Assembly: GCF_006345805.1 (NCBI RefSeq)
Contig: NC_043005.1
Span: forward strand, 41,044,001-41,108,000
Length of the DNA: 64,000 nucleotides
Reading direction: 5' to 3'
From: Octopus sinensis
Taxonomy: Eukaryota
Under the pieces are notes generated by a model, which was not told where the DNA came from, made no database searches, and was given only the letters and a program-made list of their open reading frames with translations. Position 1 is the first letter of the stretch; each line of letters opens with the position of its first letter. Both the position numbers and the translations under genes were made by a program. This document shows, piece after piece, positions 50,070 to 62,080 of this stretch.

Positions 50070-51618
50070 TAGAGAGAGAGAGGGGGAGAGATATGTTGTA
50101 TATGGTTTCTCCTAAAGTTGACTGATATCCATGGCTGATAATAGTAAATATCTCACCTGATGATTATAAAAATCATATTAGATTTTAGTTGCCCACCACC
50201 TTCCTTCTTCCTTATATTGTCAATCACGAAAGAAAGATTAGTGACCCTAACCCTTGTAATTCTTCTCAAAATATTGATTTCAAATTTCGGCAGATGGCCA
50301 GCAATTTTGGGGGCTGGGGGATAAATCGATTGCATCGATCCCAATGTTCAACTGGTACTTATTTTATTGACCTCGAAAGGATGAAAGACAAATTGACCTT
50401 GGTGGAATTTGAACTCAGAACGTAAGGATGGATAAAATGCTGCTAAATATTTTGTTTGGTGTGCAAATTATTCTGCTAGCTCACCGACTTGAGTCTTCTC
50501 AAAAGATTCAGATCGATGCAGTCCATAGCCACTATTCCATAGGTGATGGTTAAAGCTGGCAGTAATTAGTTCAAATGTAATAAAGGCAGATCTCATAATG
50601 TTGAACCTTGTAAAGAAGGTGACAGGGAACTGCATCAAGTGAGGAAACTCTCTGCAGGTGAAGAACCTTTACACCCATGAAAGTATTGAAAGAGAGGTAA
50701 CCAAGAATGATGATGAGGAGAAAGAAGATGACAGTTTCTTTAAGTCAGTCAGTCAATAAATCATCATCATCATCATCATCATTGTTTAACACCTGTTTTC
50801 TATGCTGGCATCAGTAAGATGGTTTGACTGTCGCTAGCAAACCAGAGAGCAGTACCAGGCTCCAGTCTGTTTTGACTTGGTTCCTATGGCTGGATGCCCT
50901 TCCTAATGCCAACCACTCCACATAGTGTACAGGGTGTCTCTTACACATCATTGGCACAGGTGCCTTTTACGTATCACTGGCACAAGTGCCTTTCACATGT
51001 CACCAGCACGACTGCATTTCACATGTCACTGGCATGGGTGCCCTTCATGTGTCACTGGCATGGGTGCCTTTTGCATGTCTCTGGCCACAGGTGCCACTCA
51101 CATGTTACCAGTATGAATGCCTTGCATATGTCACTGGCACTGGCCGTAGCTGCAATTTCAGTTAGCTTGTTGTGTCTTCTCAAACACAACAAACTCCCCA
51201 AAATTTTGGTCACTTGTCATTGCCTCTATGAGATTCCACATCCGAAATCCTTTGTGTATATTAGGCCAAAGTACCAAAAATATGAATACAAACCAGACAG
51301 CTGCCCAATAATGTTTGGTAAACAATGGACGGCCATTTGACCTATTTCTCTTCTCATCAGCTTCAGTATACCTAATGTTAGACTTACTTTTGTCTGATTG
51401 TCAATAATATACAGAATCAGATAGTTTTAATTATTTTTTTTTGTGTTTTTGTAGTAGGTTTTATTCTCTAGCTATTGTTCTTATATCATTGATTCTCTAT
51501 AAGCGGATGGAAATTAATGGATACGTTTATATTGTCAGAAGAACATAGAAACCTTGATTTTATTAAAATCTAACAATACATGTAAAGGTTGAGCTCTCAC
51601 TCCTCTTTTCACTGACGA

Positions 51619-51651
<33 letters not shown>

Positions 51652-52625
51652 CTGTCACTGCCTGTCTGTCTGTCTGTCTGACTCACCCTCCCTCCCTCCC
51701 TCTCCCTCTCCCCACCTCTCTCTCTTTCATTAAGTCAGGGTCTCCACCCAAAATTTACTTCAGAACAGTGATAAATAAGTCTTTTTTTAACATACAATAT
51801 TAATTAATTCGTTTAACAGCATAGCACATTATGCAATTATTTTGAAGAGCATAAAAAGTCTGCTGATTGCACTTCATTAACTTATTGATAATTATTTTGA
51901 AGACTAATGAGAAAAAGAGAAATGGCATGTTGACCTCTGATCTAATTTTGAATCCAATTATGCATTGGAATATAGTTCTTGCAAAACACAGAGTTTTTTT
52001 TATGGTAAAATCCTTCATTATCACTGGTCTTAAGATAAATGCTTTTTAGAAAAGTATAAAGCTGGAGATTTTTAACAAGCTGTGACATTTATATTTTGTG
52101 AGGAACATACTGTTTGAAGTAAAGTCTTACACACACACACACACACACATATTTCAACTTTTGGCCCACAAACATGACGTCTCCTCATTCACTCTGCTCA
52201 GCCACTTCTGCAGTGGCCTCTACTACTCAAAGTTGGTTAGTTTTATACTATCTTCACTCGGAATCTCATCTCTCTGGAATTCCTTGTCCATGTTTTTTTT
52301 TTATTCTTCTGCAGCTGTCAACTCATGTTGAAAGAAGACATTAACTACATAACTATCAGTCTCAGAGGGTTTGCAAAGTCTCTGGGTACACTCTAATTCT
52401 TCTTCCCCACCTCACAAGAAAAGTATTGCTGATATAGAAGGATAAACAAGATAAAGCTTGCATTTATACAATATCTCACTGATATTCATTTTATATTGCT
52501 CCTTAAGTATGGCATATTGAGTTGCAAAATGCAAAAGCCAGCAGAGTACATGGCATTTTGGATTAGCTATTGAACATGAAGAGAATGGCATAGTAACTCT
52601 CAGAAAACAAATCTATATCTATCTG

Positions 52626-52688
52626 TCTATATATTTATATGTATATATATATATATATTATATATATATATATATATGCATATATATA

Positions 52689-52755
<67 letters not shown>
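52626..52755. repeat. Long (AT)n microsatellite, representative of many AT/CA/GA/GATA/AAT/GAT tracts
   Basis: Directly visible. Similar tracts at 9320-9475, 14100-14290, 30670-30860, 42420-42555, 47940-48045 and 59260-59490 generate YIYI/HTHT/CVCV ORFs. Confidence 0.95.
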
Positions 52756-52759
<4 letters not shown>

Positions 52760-53729
52760 ACACATATGTATTACATAAGCACAGACACACATACACACAC
52801 ATATGCACATGGATATGCATGTGCTTATAAACAATTTTGGATAACTAACGTAAATTTCCCAGACAGAATTTAGCATAGTGGATATCAAACCCAAATAGAA
52901 TACAACACTTTGGATAATAGCTGTAAAATAACTCACATAGAATACAGCACACCAGATATCTAAGTTGTCGTAACAATGAAATATGAACGTTAATGCCAAA
53001 TTACTGTCAGGAGATTGAAAATAGCAAGATATCAAGATGTTTACAAGTGAATAATTCAATCCAATACCATTGCTAAAGACTAAAACGTGAAGACACTGTT
53101 TAATTGAGCACAATAAATTTGATATTTCATGTTACTCATTCTGAATGTAAAGGAAATACATAAGAAAATATTTTAAAGAACAGACAGAGATGGAGTAAGT
53201 TGCAAAATGAATTGATGAAAAACTAAAAAGACAAGTCGGTCTATGAAAGACTTGATTGGAAGAATTTAGATTCTTCTATTCAATTTCTGTATGGTCAGTC
53301 ATGTATATTCATTGTTTGGTAAAATTGTCATTCCACTGTAGCTAACACCACCATCATTGCCACCGAGTCTTGCATACAGCAGCTATTATTGGAAATGCCA
53401 TGTACGATCAGTTAGTTGGTTGGTTAGTCTTAATAATATCTTCCCAACAAATACATAATTTCAGATATCTTTCCTCCTATACACACAACATGCACACACA
53501 CACACACACACATTGTATATATACATACATACGTACATACATACATACATACATACGTTAGGAAGGGCATCCAGCTGTAGAAACACTGACAGATCAGACT
53601 GGAACCTGGTGTAACCTCCTGGCTTCCCAGACCCTGGTCAAACCGTCCAACCCATGCTAACATGGAAAACGGACGTTAAACGATGATTATGATGATGATG
53701 ATGATATATATACTGTATATAAAAGAATG

Positions 53730-53902
53730 AGATGACAAAAGGAATAAATAATTATCGTATGACCTTCATTAGCTTACAACTGTTTCTACTATTAAATGCA
53801 GTGGACTCCGGGTACTCAACTATGACTTCACTGCATCTTATAGCAGAAACAGATGTAAGCTAATGAAGTTCATAAGACAATTGTTTATTCCTTTGTCATC
53901 TT
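53730..53902. repeat. Hairpin/MITE-like palindrome, ~74-bp arms and 25-nt loop
   Basis: 53730-53803 and 53829-53902 are imperfect reverse complements. Confidence 0.8.
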
Positions 53903-53948
53903 ATTTTGTAATTACTGCTCTGTACTCAACTAATACTTCTTTCAGAAG

Positions 53949-54245
53949 TATGAGGTCTGATCAATAAGTAGTCGGACTGGTGATATAAAAACAAAACTAC
54001 AACATGTAGCAATTTGGCATTTAATCTCCTGCAAATAATCCCCTTTGGAAGCTACACACTTAATCCAGAGCTGTTTCCATTGATGGAAGCATTCCTGGAA
54101 ATCGTTTTCTGGGATAATCAGCAACTGCTTTGTCACATTCACTTTGATTTCCTCGACATCCTGAAATCTTTTTCCTTTCAAGCAGGATTTGAGTTTTGGA
54201 AAGAGAAAAAAGTTGTCATTGCTCATCTCTGCAATTTTGTTACAT
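53949..54245 (-). mobile_element. Mariner transposon 3' fragment with terminal repeat
   Basis: DNFFLFPKLKSCLKGKRFQDVEEIK...FQECFHQWKQLWIKCVASKGDY, with the end TA+tgaggtctgatcaataagt. Confidence 0.88.
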
Positions 54246-54329
54246 ATATAGACCTTCATCTCAGTCAGCCTCCTTGTGATCCCACTGCAGCTCTTGTGTA
54301 GCTATTGTTTACATTGGGTACACCATATG

Positions 54330-57150
54330 GTATTCCTATCAGCACCTCTTTTGTGTGTATCAAGTATGGCTACTTTCTAGGTGGCAGAAGAATCCAGTAT
54401 TCTTTCCTGTTGATTAAATCTTCAATCTTTGCTAGGTTTACTTTAAAGCTTGTCAATTCTAAGTTTTGCTTCTACGTTTGCAATATCATTTCCAATTATG
54501 TTACAGATCCTAGTATGAAAATTATGTTAACCACATACATAAGACAGCTGCTATGAAATGGAGAACTATGATAAAGATAAAGAATTTGAGAATCAAGCTC
54601 TGAAGGGCACATACCTACATAAAGTCTTAACTGAATTTGTTGTTGTCACTTTGCTGACTGCATTTCCATGCATAACTTGCACAGTTCTCACAACCATTTT
54701 ATCCCCTAGTTTTCTTTGTGACCATTAAACTGGAGAGTACGGTACCCTGTCAGAGAATTTCTCTAGGCCCAATGAATCTATAGTGGTTTGTTCTTTGCTA
54801 AGAGCACTTGTTGTTGTCTCACTTGGAAACCCATCCTGGCTCAAATTAAGACTCTCACATCTAAACAAATTTTTCTTCTATTTTGGTTATGCTATAGCTC
54901 TTCCTGTGGTTTTCATCACTTGCTCTATTATTTTGATGCCCATATAATTACCTCTTCTAAAAGCATCTTCTTTCATCATCATCATCATCATCATCGTCAT
55001 CGTTTAACGTCTGTTTTCCATGCTGGCATGGGTTGGATGGTTTAACTGAGGTCTGGAAAGCCAGCAGCTGCACCTGGCTCCAATCTGATCGGGCAATCTT
55101 TCTACAGTGGATGCCCTTCCTAACACCAACCACTCCAAGAGTGTAGTGGGTGCTTTTTACATGCCACCAGCACAGGAGCCAGTCTGGTGGCTCTGGCATC
55201 GATCATGTTTGGATAGTGCCTTTTACATGACCCCGGCATGGGAGCCAGTCAGGGGGCACTGGCACCGGTCACGTTTGGATGGTGCATTTTTTGTGCCACT
55301 GGCACAGGAGCCAGTCATTGTAATATTGTCCAGTTGACTATATTAATACTAAAGTACTCTCTGGAAATGATCCCTTCCTCTGTTCCCTGATTAATTATGC
55401 ATGGAACTAACAGATATTTTGTCAGATATTTTCAGCATTCTAATGACTGTTCTTAATGCTCTAGTTACTTCCCCTGCCTTTGTATCCTTAATGGCTATTT
55501 TTTCAAATGTATAGCTGTCACTGTGATATTCTGAGATGCTCTATGGGGCTTTTATAGCTAGGGAGTTATCTTACTTGCCAGGCATTGTTAGCCGCACATG
55601 ACAGAAACGGTGGGGAGAGGAGAAATAAATAGTGGTCTCCTGGAATGCATGGGGAGGGATCTCTGCTGTCAGGTTCTCTGTAGTACAGCTGAGTGTGGAC
55701 ATTGATATGATTGTGGCATTCATTCACCTATGGATGAAATTACCTGGATTACTAAAAGTCTCTCTTGACTCTATGTTGGCACAAAGTAAATGGATAAAGA
55801 ATTGAAATAGTCAAGAAGATATGTCACATCATCATCATCATTTAATGTCCATTTTCCTTTCTGGCATGGGTTAGACGGTTTGACCATAGCTGGCAAGATG
55901 GAGAGCTACACCAGGTTCCAGTCTGATATGGCTTAGTTTCTATTGCTTAATGCCCTTCCTAATTCCAGTCACTAGAAGGTTGTTAATCTTTGACATGAAT
56001 CTGCCCAACCAGCCAAGATGGCATTCCATTTACTTTCAGTGATTAGTCCTTCACTTGAATCTATCAGAGATTGTCTGTTTGTCTCTCTGTTTCTTTTTCC
56101 TATGCATTATTCTTGTTCAGTAACCTATCACAACATTTCTTTGCCTCTTTATTCTTGGCATCATTGACAGTGAGTGCAGCACCATCATTTCATACATATT
56201 TCATACAAACATTCTGAATCATGCTGGCACACTTCTTTGCAAACCAGAACAGCTAATGCCTCTTGCTTTGCAGAACATTGCCAAGTTTCTTACTTTCTGC
56301 TTATTCACTCTTTGCCGAGGTATGTAATAGGTTTTGATCTATTTCTCCTTGATGTATGATGACCGAGCGCTTCTTTAGACCAGTGTTTCTCAATCATTTT
56401 TTTACTTCTAGGCCTCTAGGATTCCTATTTCACTCAGATGAACCCTCAAGGCCATTCAATGTTTAAAAAAAATTCATATAATATTTTTATGATCAAATAT
56501 TATTAGGATATATATATATATGAATATTTAAAATATTTTGTGAATTGTTGAAGTATAACCAATTTATTGCAGATAAATTTTAACAGAAAAATCTTAAACG
56601 GATCCCTGTTGAGAACCATTGCTTTAGACCTTCATCAGTCCACAAAATTTTTTAGATTCCCCAGATTGATTTCTGTTATTGGATTAGTGTACCTCTTATT
56701 CTGATGTCACTAATCATTTGTCTATGTTCAGTTGTACACACTTTTTTCTTAAGAAATACTTCAATTCACAACCATCTATCCTGTTTCCTGGTGAACATGA
56801 AATCTATCTGGTTTGTGTGGTGCTCACTTGAGTGTTAAGTGATCAGGTGGCTGGCTAATTTACTGAAGTTAAAATTGCAAATGGTTGGGTAATTTGCATC
56901 ACAGAGTTTCAAAGAGCCTTGATAGCTTTTCATTCCATTTATCATAACCATAGCTACCTCAGAATGGTTACTATGTTGCTTCATAACACACTTATTACAG
57001 TCACCATTCATAACTAGGATGCCGCTGTTATTGAGATGATCTGCTATGGAGACTTATAGAAATGATTCTTTTGTCCATCAGTCAGTCTTGATAATAATGC
57101 AGAGTTCACAGTTGTGGCCATGTTGCCTATGACTAACTCAAAATTAATTA
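54330..57150 (-). mobile_element. Ancient, fragmented RTE LINE interrupted by younger insertions
   Basis: In minus-strand order: endonuclease remnants at 57130-56690 (QKNHFY, YGYDKWNE..RLF, NQIDFMFTRKQDRWL), RT start ~55500-55400 (AIKDTKAG...RMLKIS), RT 54965-54600 (GNYMGIKIIEQVMK, RQ...KNKPL) and 54560-54400 (KQNLELTSFKVNLAK). Confidence 0.65.
56381..56621. mobile_element. hAT-like MITE, 241 bp
   Basis: TIR cagtgtttctcaa / ttgagaaccattg with a perfect 8-bp TSD ctttagac (56373-80 and 56622-29). An 8-bp TSD is typical of hAT elements. Confidence 0.85.
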
Positions 57151-57460
57151 TTCTGTGTTGGTCCATGTAAAAAGCACCAATGATAGTTCACCTAAAAAGC
57201 ACCCATGCTGGCCCATGTAAAAAGCTCATGTTCTAGTTCACATGAAAAGCACCCATGCTTGTCCACATAAAAAGCGCTAGTACTGGTCTACATAAAAGCA
57301 CCCGTGCCAGTCCACTTTAAAAGCACCCAGTACATTCTGTAAAGTTGCTGGCATTAGGAAGTGCATCCAGCCTTAGAAACCAAGTCAAATCATCAGACTG
57401 GAATCTTGCTAGCTCTGGTCAAACTGTCCAACCCATGCCAGTATGGAAAATGGATGTTAA

Positions 57461-57496
<36 letters not shown>

Positions 57497-57747
57497 TGAC
57501 ATATCCTGACTATTTCAGTTTATTCATTTACTTTGTGCCAACATAGAGCCAAGAGAGACTTGGAGTAATAAAGTAAGAGAATAATGTTCATTTAGCTGAA
57601 TGGCTTCCTTGAGAAAATGGGAATAATATACCATGCTTAGGAGCCATCAAGGATAACAGTACCAATTGAATTTTCAGTTTATGAAGCTGCAGGGAGAGAG
57701 ACATATAGAAAGTAATAGAGAATGATACATATGCACACACATACACA

Positions 57748-57832
<85 letters not shown>

Positions 57833-58202
57833 CAGAGAAACTGAGAGGAATTTCTCATATATATATGTGTGTTTGGGTCAGCGATAAGAGAGATAGGTAG
57901 GCATTACTGAGGCAAGCATTCTCTGTTGGATGTGTAATGTTAGTGTGCATCAACAATGAAGCATAAATCAATTAAGAGAAAAACAATTTGGTATAAGAAA
58001 AATCATCTGCTTTGTGCAAGATTATGGATATGTGATGCATGTGATGAACAACAGTTGAGTGAAAAAAAAACACACGCACACCATGTTATCCTAGAGGAAG
58101 GATTTTATGGAAGAGGAAGACTGAGATGAAGTAATAAATGCTGATCCCAAAATACTGACCCTCACAAAGGAGATCATAATGGACCACAGAAGTAAGTCTA
58201 AT

Positions 58203-58619
58203 AAGGCGGCAAGCTGGCAGAAACTTTAGCATGCTGGGCGAAATGCTTAGCAGTATTTCGTCTGCCGTTACGTTCTGAGTTCAAATTCCGCTGAGGTCGG
58301 CTTTGCCTTTCATCCTTTCGGAGTCGATAAATTAAGTACCAGTTACGCACTGAGGTCGATATAATCGACTTAATCCATGTGTCTGTCCTTGTTTGTCCCC
58401 TCTGTGTTTAGCTCCTTGTGGGTAGTAAAGAAATAGGTATTTCGTCTGTCGCTACGTTCTGAGTTCAAATTCCGCCAAGGTCGACTTCACCTTTCATCCT
58501 TTCGGGGTCGATAAATTAAGAATCAGTTACACACTGGGGTCGATGTAATCGACTTAATCCATTTGTCTGTCCTTATTTGTCCCCTCTATGTTTAGCCCCT
58601 TGTGGGCAATAAAGAAATA
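58203..58619 (+). mobile_element. SINE family B, internally duplicated form, 15-bp TSD
   Basis: Head aaggcggc.agctggcagaa...gagttcaaattcc, followed by a second partial unit. TSD agaagta(a/t)gtctaat at 58188-202 and 58620-634. Monomeric copies occur at ~9650, 22820, 26030 and 39490. Confidence 0.85.
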
Positions 58620-59274
58620 AGAAGTATGTCTAATACTGGCATAGATTCCTCTTTGGCACCCAACAGGCCAGCATAGTATATCTAGCTACACACCCACATT
58701 CTGTTGCTTCTCCAAGCACTGTATGCTGCCATGTTCATGCTTTACATGACTTGTTAAATTCCCTATATTTTGAGTTCTTCCACTTATTTTTTCACTTCCT
58801 ATTACTTTGTGACTCAACAACAAGGGATTTTTTTTTATTATCAAATCAGACCATTCCATAGCGTTAAGGAACTGTTTCTTTATTATAATATGGCTTGGGA
58901 AGATGATTGCTTTTCCCAATCCTGCCTGCACCTTTCAGTCATAAGCACCATTCAAAAGTCCTGAGCACCATGCACAGTGCTCAGGAAATGAAGTAGAAGT
59001 CAACAGCTGGCCATGGGTAGTGGTTTCTGCCTCTGCTTTTGCTCCACCAGTGTTGAAGGTCTTGTCGAAGTTCGTAGGCACTACTATCCATTTCTACTTC
59101 GAGTAAGCTATAAAAAGTTACAAGAATATGACTACTTGGGATTGAAAAGAAATCAATAACAACCTAGTTTAATGATGTTGTTGATGGTTCAGCTATTTTC
59201 AATAATTTTTTAATTTTATAGATTTTAATTTTATTCTGAAATAAATAGCCAAATTTCTAAATATACATATAAGT

Positions 59275-59310
<36 letters not shown>

Positions 59311-59386
59311 GTATATGTGTATATATATATGTGTGTATATATATATATATATATGTGTGTATATATATATATATAATATATATATA

Positions 59387-59429
<43 letters not shown>

Positions 59430-59881
59430 TATTTATATATATATATATATATTATATATATATATATATAATATATATATGTATAATATACATATCGCAA
59501 GGATAAGCCCCGCTCTCCCAGGAATTACTGGGTACGTCAGCTAGTATATACATACATATATGTACATATACATATATCTACATATATATACAGATATATT
59601 TATACATAAATATATATACATATATATGTATACAAGTACATATATATATACATGATGATGGAAAACGGACGCTAAACGATGATGATGATGATGATGATTC
59701 CCTCAAGCACTTACACACACATGTACACATACGACGGTAACTTCTGTCTACAAGATTCAATCACAAGGCTTTGGTCAGCCTGAGGCTATAACAGAAGACA
59801 CTTGCCCAAGGTGCCATGCAGCGAGACTGAACTGGAAACCACACAGCCATGCCTGTGCCTACACACTCACACACACACACA

Positions 59882-59919
<38 letters not shown>

Positions 59920-61663
59920 CAATTCAAATAAACAAACGGCGGTCCATTGTGACTGCAGCCTCATGGCTGAAAAGAGTAAGAAAATAAAAGAATAAAATTC
60001 ATCTAAATGGATCATCATCATCATCGTCGTTGTTTAATGTCTGCCTTCCATATTGACATGGGTGGGATTAGATAAAAAACGTGAAAAGAATGAAAAATGA
60101 TGAACGTGAGAACGTGCTCAAGAAATATATTGGCTTGACGCTTGGTGAAAAGAGAGAGTTTAACATTTACACACACACACATTTGCACAAACACACACAC
60201 ACATGTGCACAAACACACATGCACTCCCCATACCACACACGGCCACTCCTTCTCCAACCACAACAAAATTTGATGAATAAATTAATCTAATATTTTGATT
60301 ATATCTGTTGAAATCTACAAGTCGTTTCTGTTTAATCTGCCTTTAAATGACTGGTGTATTTAGTCTATAGATTAGAGTGTTTTTTTAGACAATAGTGAAC
60401 TAGCTGAGACACTAAAACACTTTTCAGTACAATAGGTTACAACGACTGATTCAGTATTTCATTGTACTGTCTTTAAATCTTGTCCAAACTGAGTTCATCA
60501 TTCATTATTTCAGGCACAGGAGTGGCTGTGTGGTAAGTAGATTGCTTACCAACCACATGGTTCCGGGTTCAGTCCCACTGCATGGCACCTTGGGCAAGTG
60601 TCTTCTACTATAGCCTTGGGCCGACCAAAGCCTTGAGAGTGGATTTGGTAGATGGAAACTGAAAGAAGACTGCCGTGTAGACATATATATGTGTGTGTGT
60701 GTATATGTTTGTGTGTCTGTGTTTGTCCCCCCAACATCACTGGTGTGTTTACGTCCCAATAACTTAGTGGTTCGGCAAAAGAGACCAATAGAATAAATAC
60801 TAGGCTTACAAAGAATAAGTCCTGGGTTGATTTGCTTGACTAAAGGTGATGCTCCAACATGGCCACAGTCAAATGACTGAAACAAGTAAAAGAGTATTAA
60901 ATAACACCTGTACTATTAATATACTTGTGCTCAGCCAAAAGGTTTCAATATTTGCAGGCTGCATCATGTAAAAAGCTGGTGCCACATAAAAAGCACCTGT
61001 ACTAGTGCTGTATAAAAAGCACCTGTGCTGGTACTGTGTATAAAGCATAGGTGCTGGTGCCACGTGAAAAGACACCCAGTACACTCTGTAAAGTGGTTGG
61101 TATTAGGAAGCGCATCCAGCTGTTGAAACAACCCATGTCCAAAAAAAAACCCCAAAAAACAATTGGAGCTTGGTGCACCTCTCTAGCTTGCCAGCTTCTG
61201 TCAAACCACCCAACCCATGCCAGCATGGAAAATGGATGTTGAAAGATAATGATGACAATGATGGTAACAGTGAGGGTGATGATGACGATGATAGTGATGA
61301 TGATGATGATGAAGATGATGACAATGATGATGATGATGACAATGATGATGATGATGATGACAATGATGGTGATGATGATGGTGATGACAATGATGATGAT
61401 GATGATATGTCTATGTAATCATATGCACATATCCAATCAGTGTTTTGAAACTGAGCAAATCCAGTTAATACTTTCAAATTGTAATTATTTTGTAGCCAGC
61501 TGCAAACTGTTTATGTCTAATTAAAGCTGACATAAAATGTCTATTAGCTGATCAACCCACACTGTCTACCTATAGTATTTTTTGTCACTTACTCTTTAGG
61601 TTCAAGTCAGCACCTTTAAGTTGTTCATATTGGTTTCAAACTTTGACACAAGGCCAGCAAGCT

Positions 61664-62080
61664 AAGGCGGCGAGCTGGTAGAAATGTTAGCACGCAGGGT
61701 GAAATGCTTAGAGGTATTTCATCTGCCGTCATGTTCTGAGTTCAAATTCCGCTGAGGTCGACTTTGCCTTTCATCCTTTCGGGGTCGATAAATTAAGTAC
61801 CAGTTACACACTGGGGTCGATGTAATCGACTTAATCCGTTTGTCTGTCCTTGTTTGTCCTCTCTGTGTTTAGCCCCTAGTGTGTAGTAAAGATATAGGTA
61901 TTTCGTCTGCCGTTACGTTCTGAGTTCAAATTCTGCCGAGGTTGACTTTGCCTTTCATCCTTTCAGGGTCGATAAATTAAGTACTAGTTACGCACTGGGG
62001 CAGATGTAATCAACTTAATCCCTTTGTCTGTCCTTGTTTGTCCCCTCTATGTTTAGCCCCTTGTGGGCAATAAAGAAATA
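61664..62080 (+). mobile_element. SINE family B duplicated form nested in an older SINE
   Basis: Same double structure as 58203-58619. TSD acaaggc(c/t)agcaa at 61648-60 and 62081-93 splits the host SINE. Confidence 0.85.

Noticed and set aside
51375-51420. Minus-strand GTAAGT donor-like site
   Set aside because: No acceptor and no dynein-like translation upstream.
52165-52331. SSLWNSL motif resembling a CR1/L2 LINE 3' end
   Set aside because: Too short and degenerate to call.
52658-53113. 151-aa minus-strand ORF
   Set aside because: One third is (AT)n, and the remainder has no dynein or other homology I recognise and no coherent splice sites.
57170-57330. Short direct repeats (aaaagcacccatgct...) with spacers, CRISPR-like at a glance; also 50950-51150, 5600-5730 and 60960-61080
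   Set aside because: These are internal tandem repeats of the (GAT)n-tailed SINE family. Spacers are mutually similar, the context is eukaryotic, and there are no cas genes.
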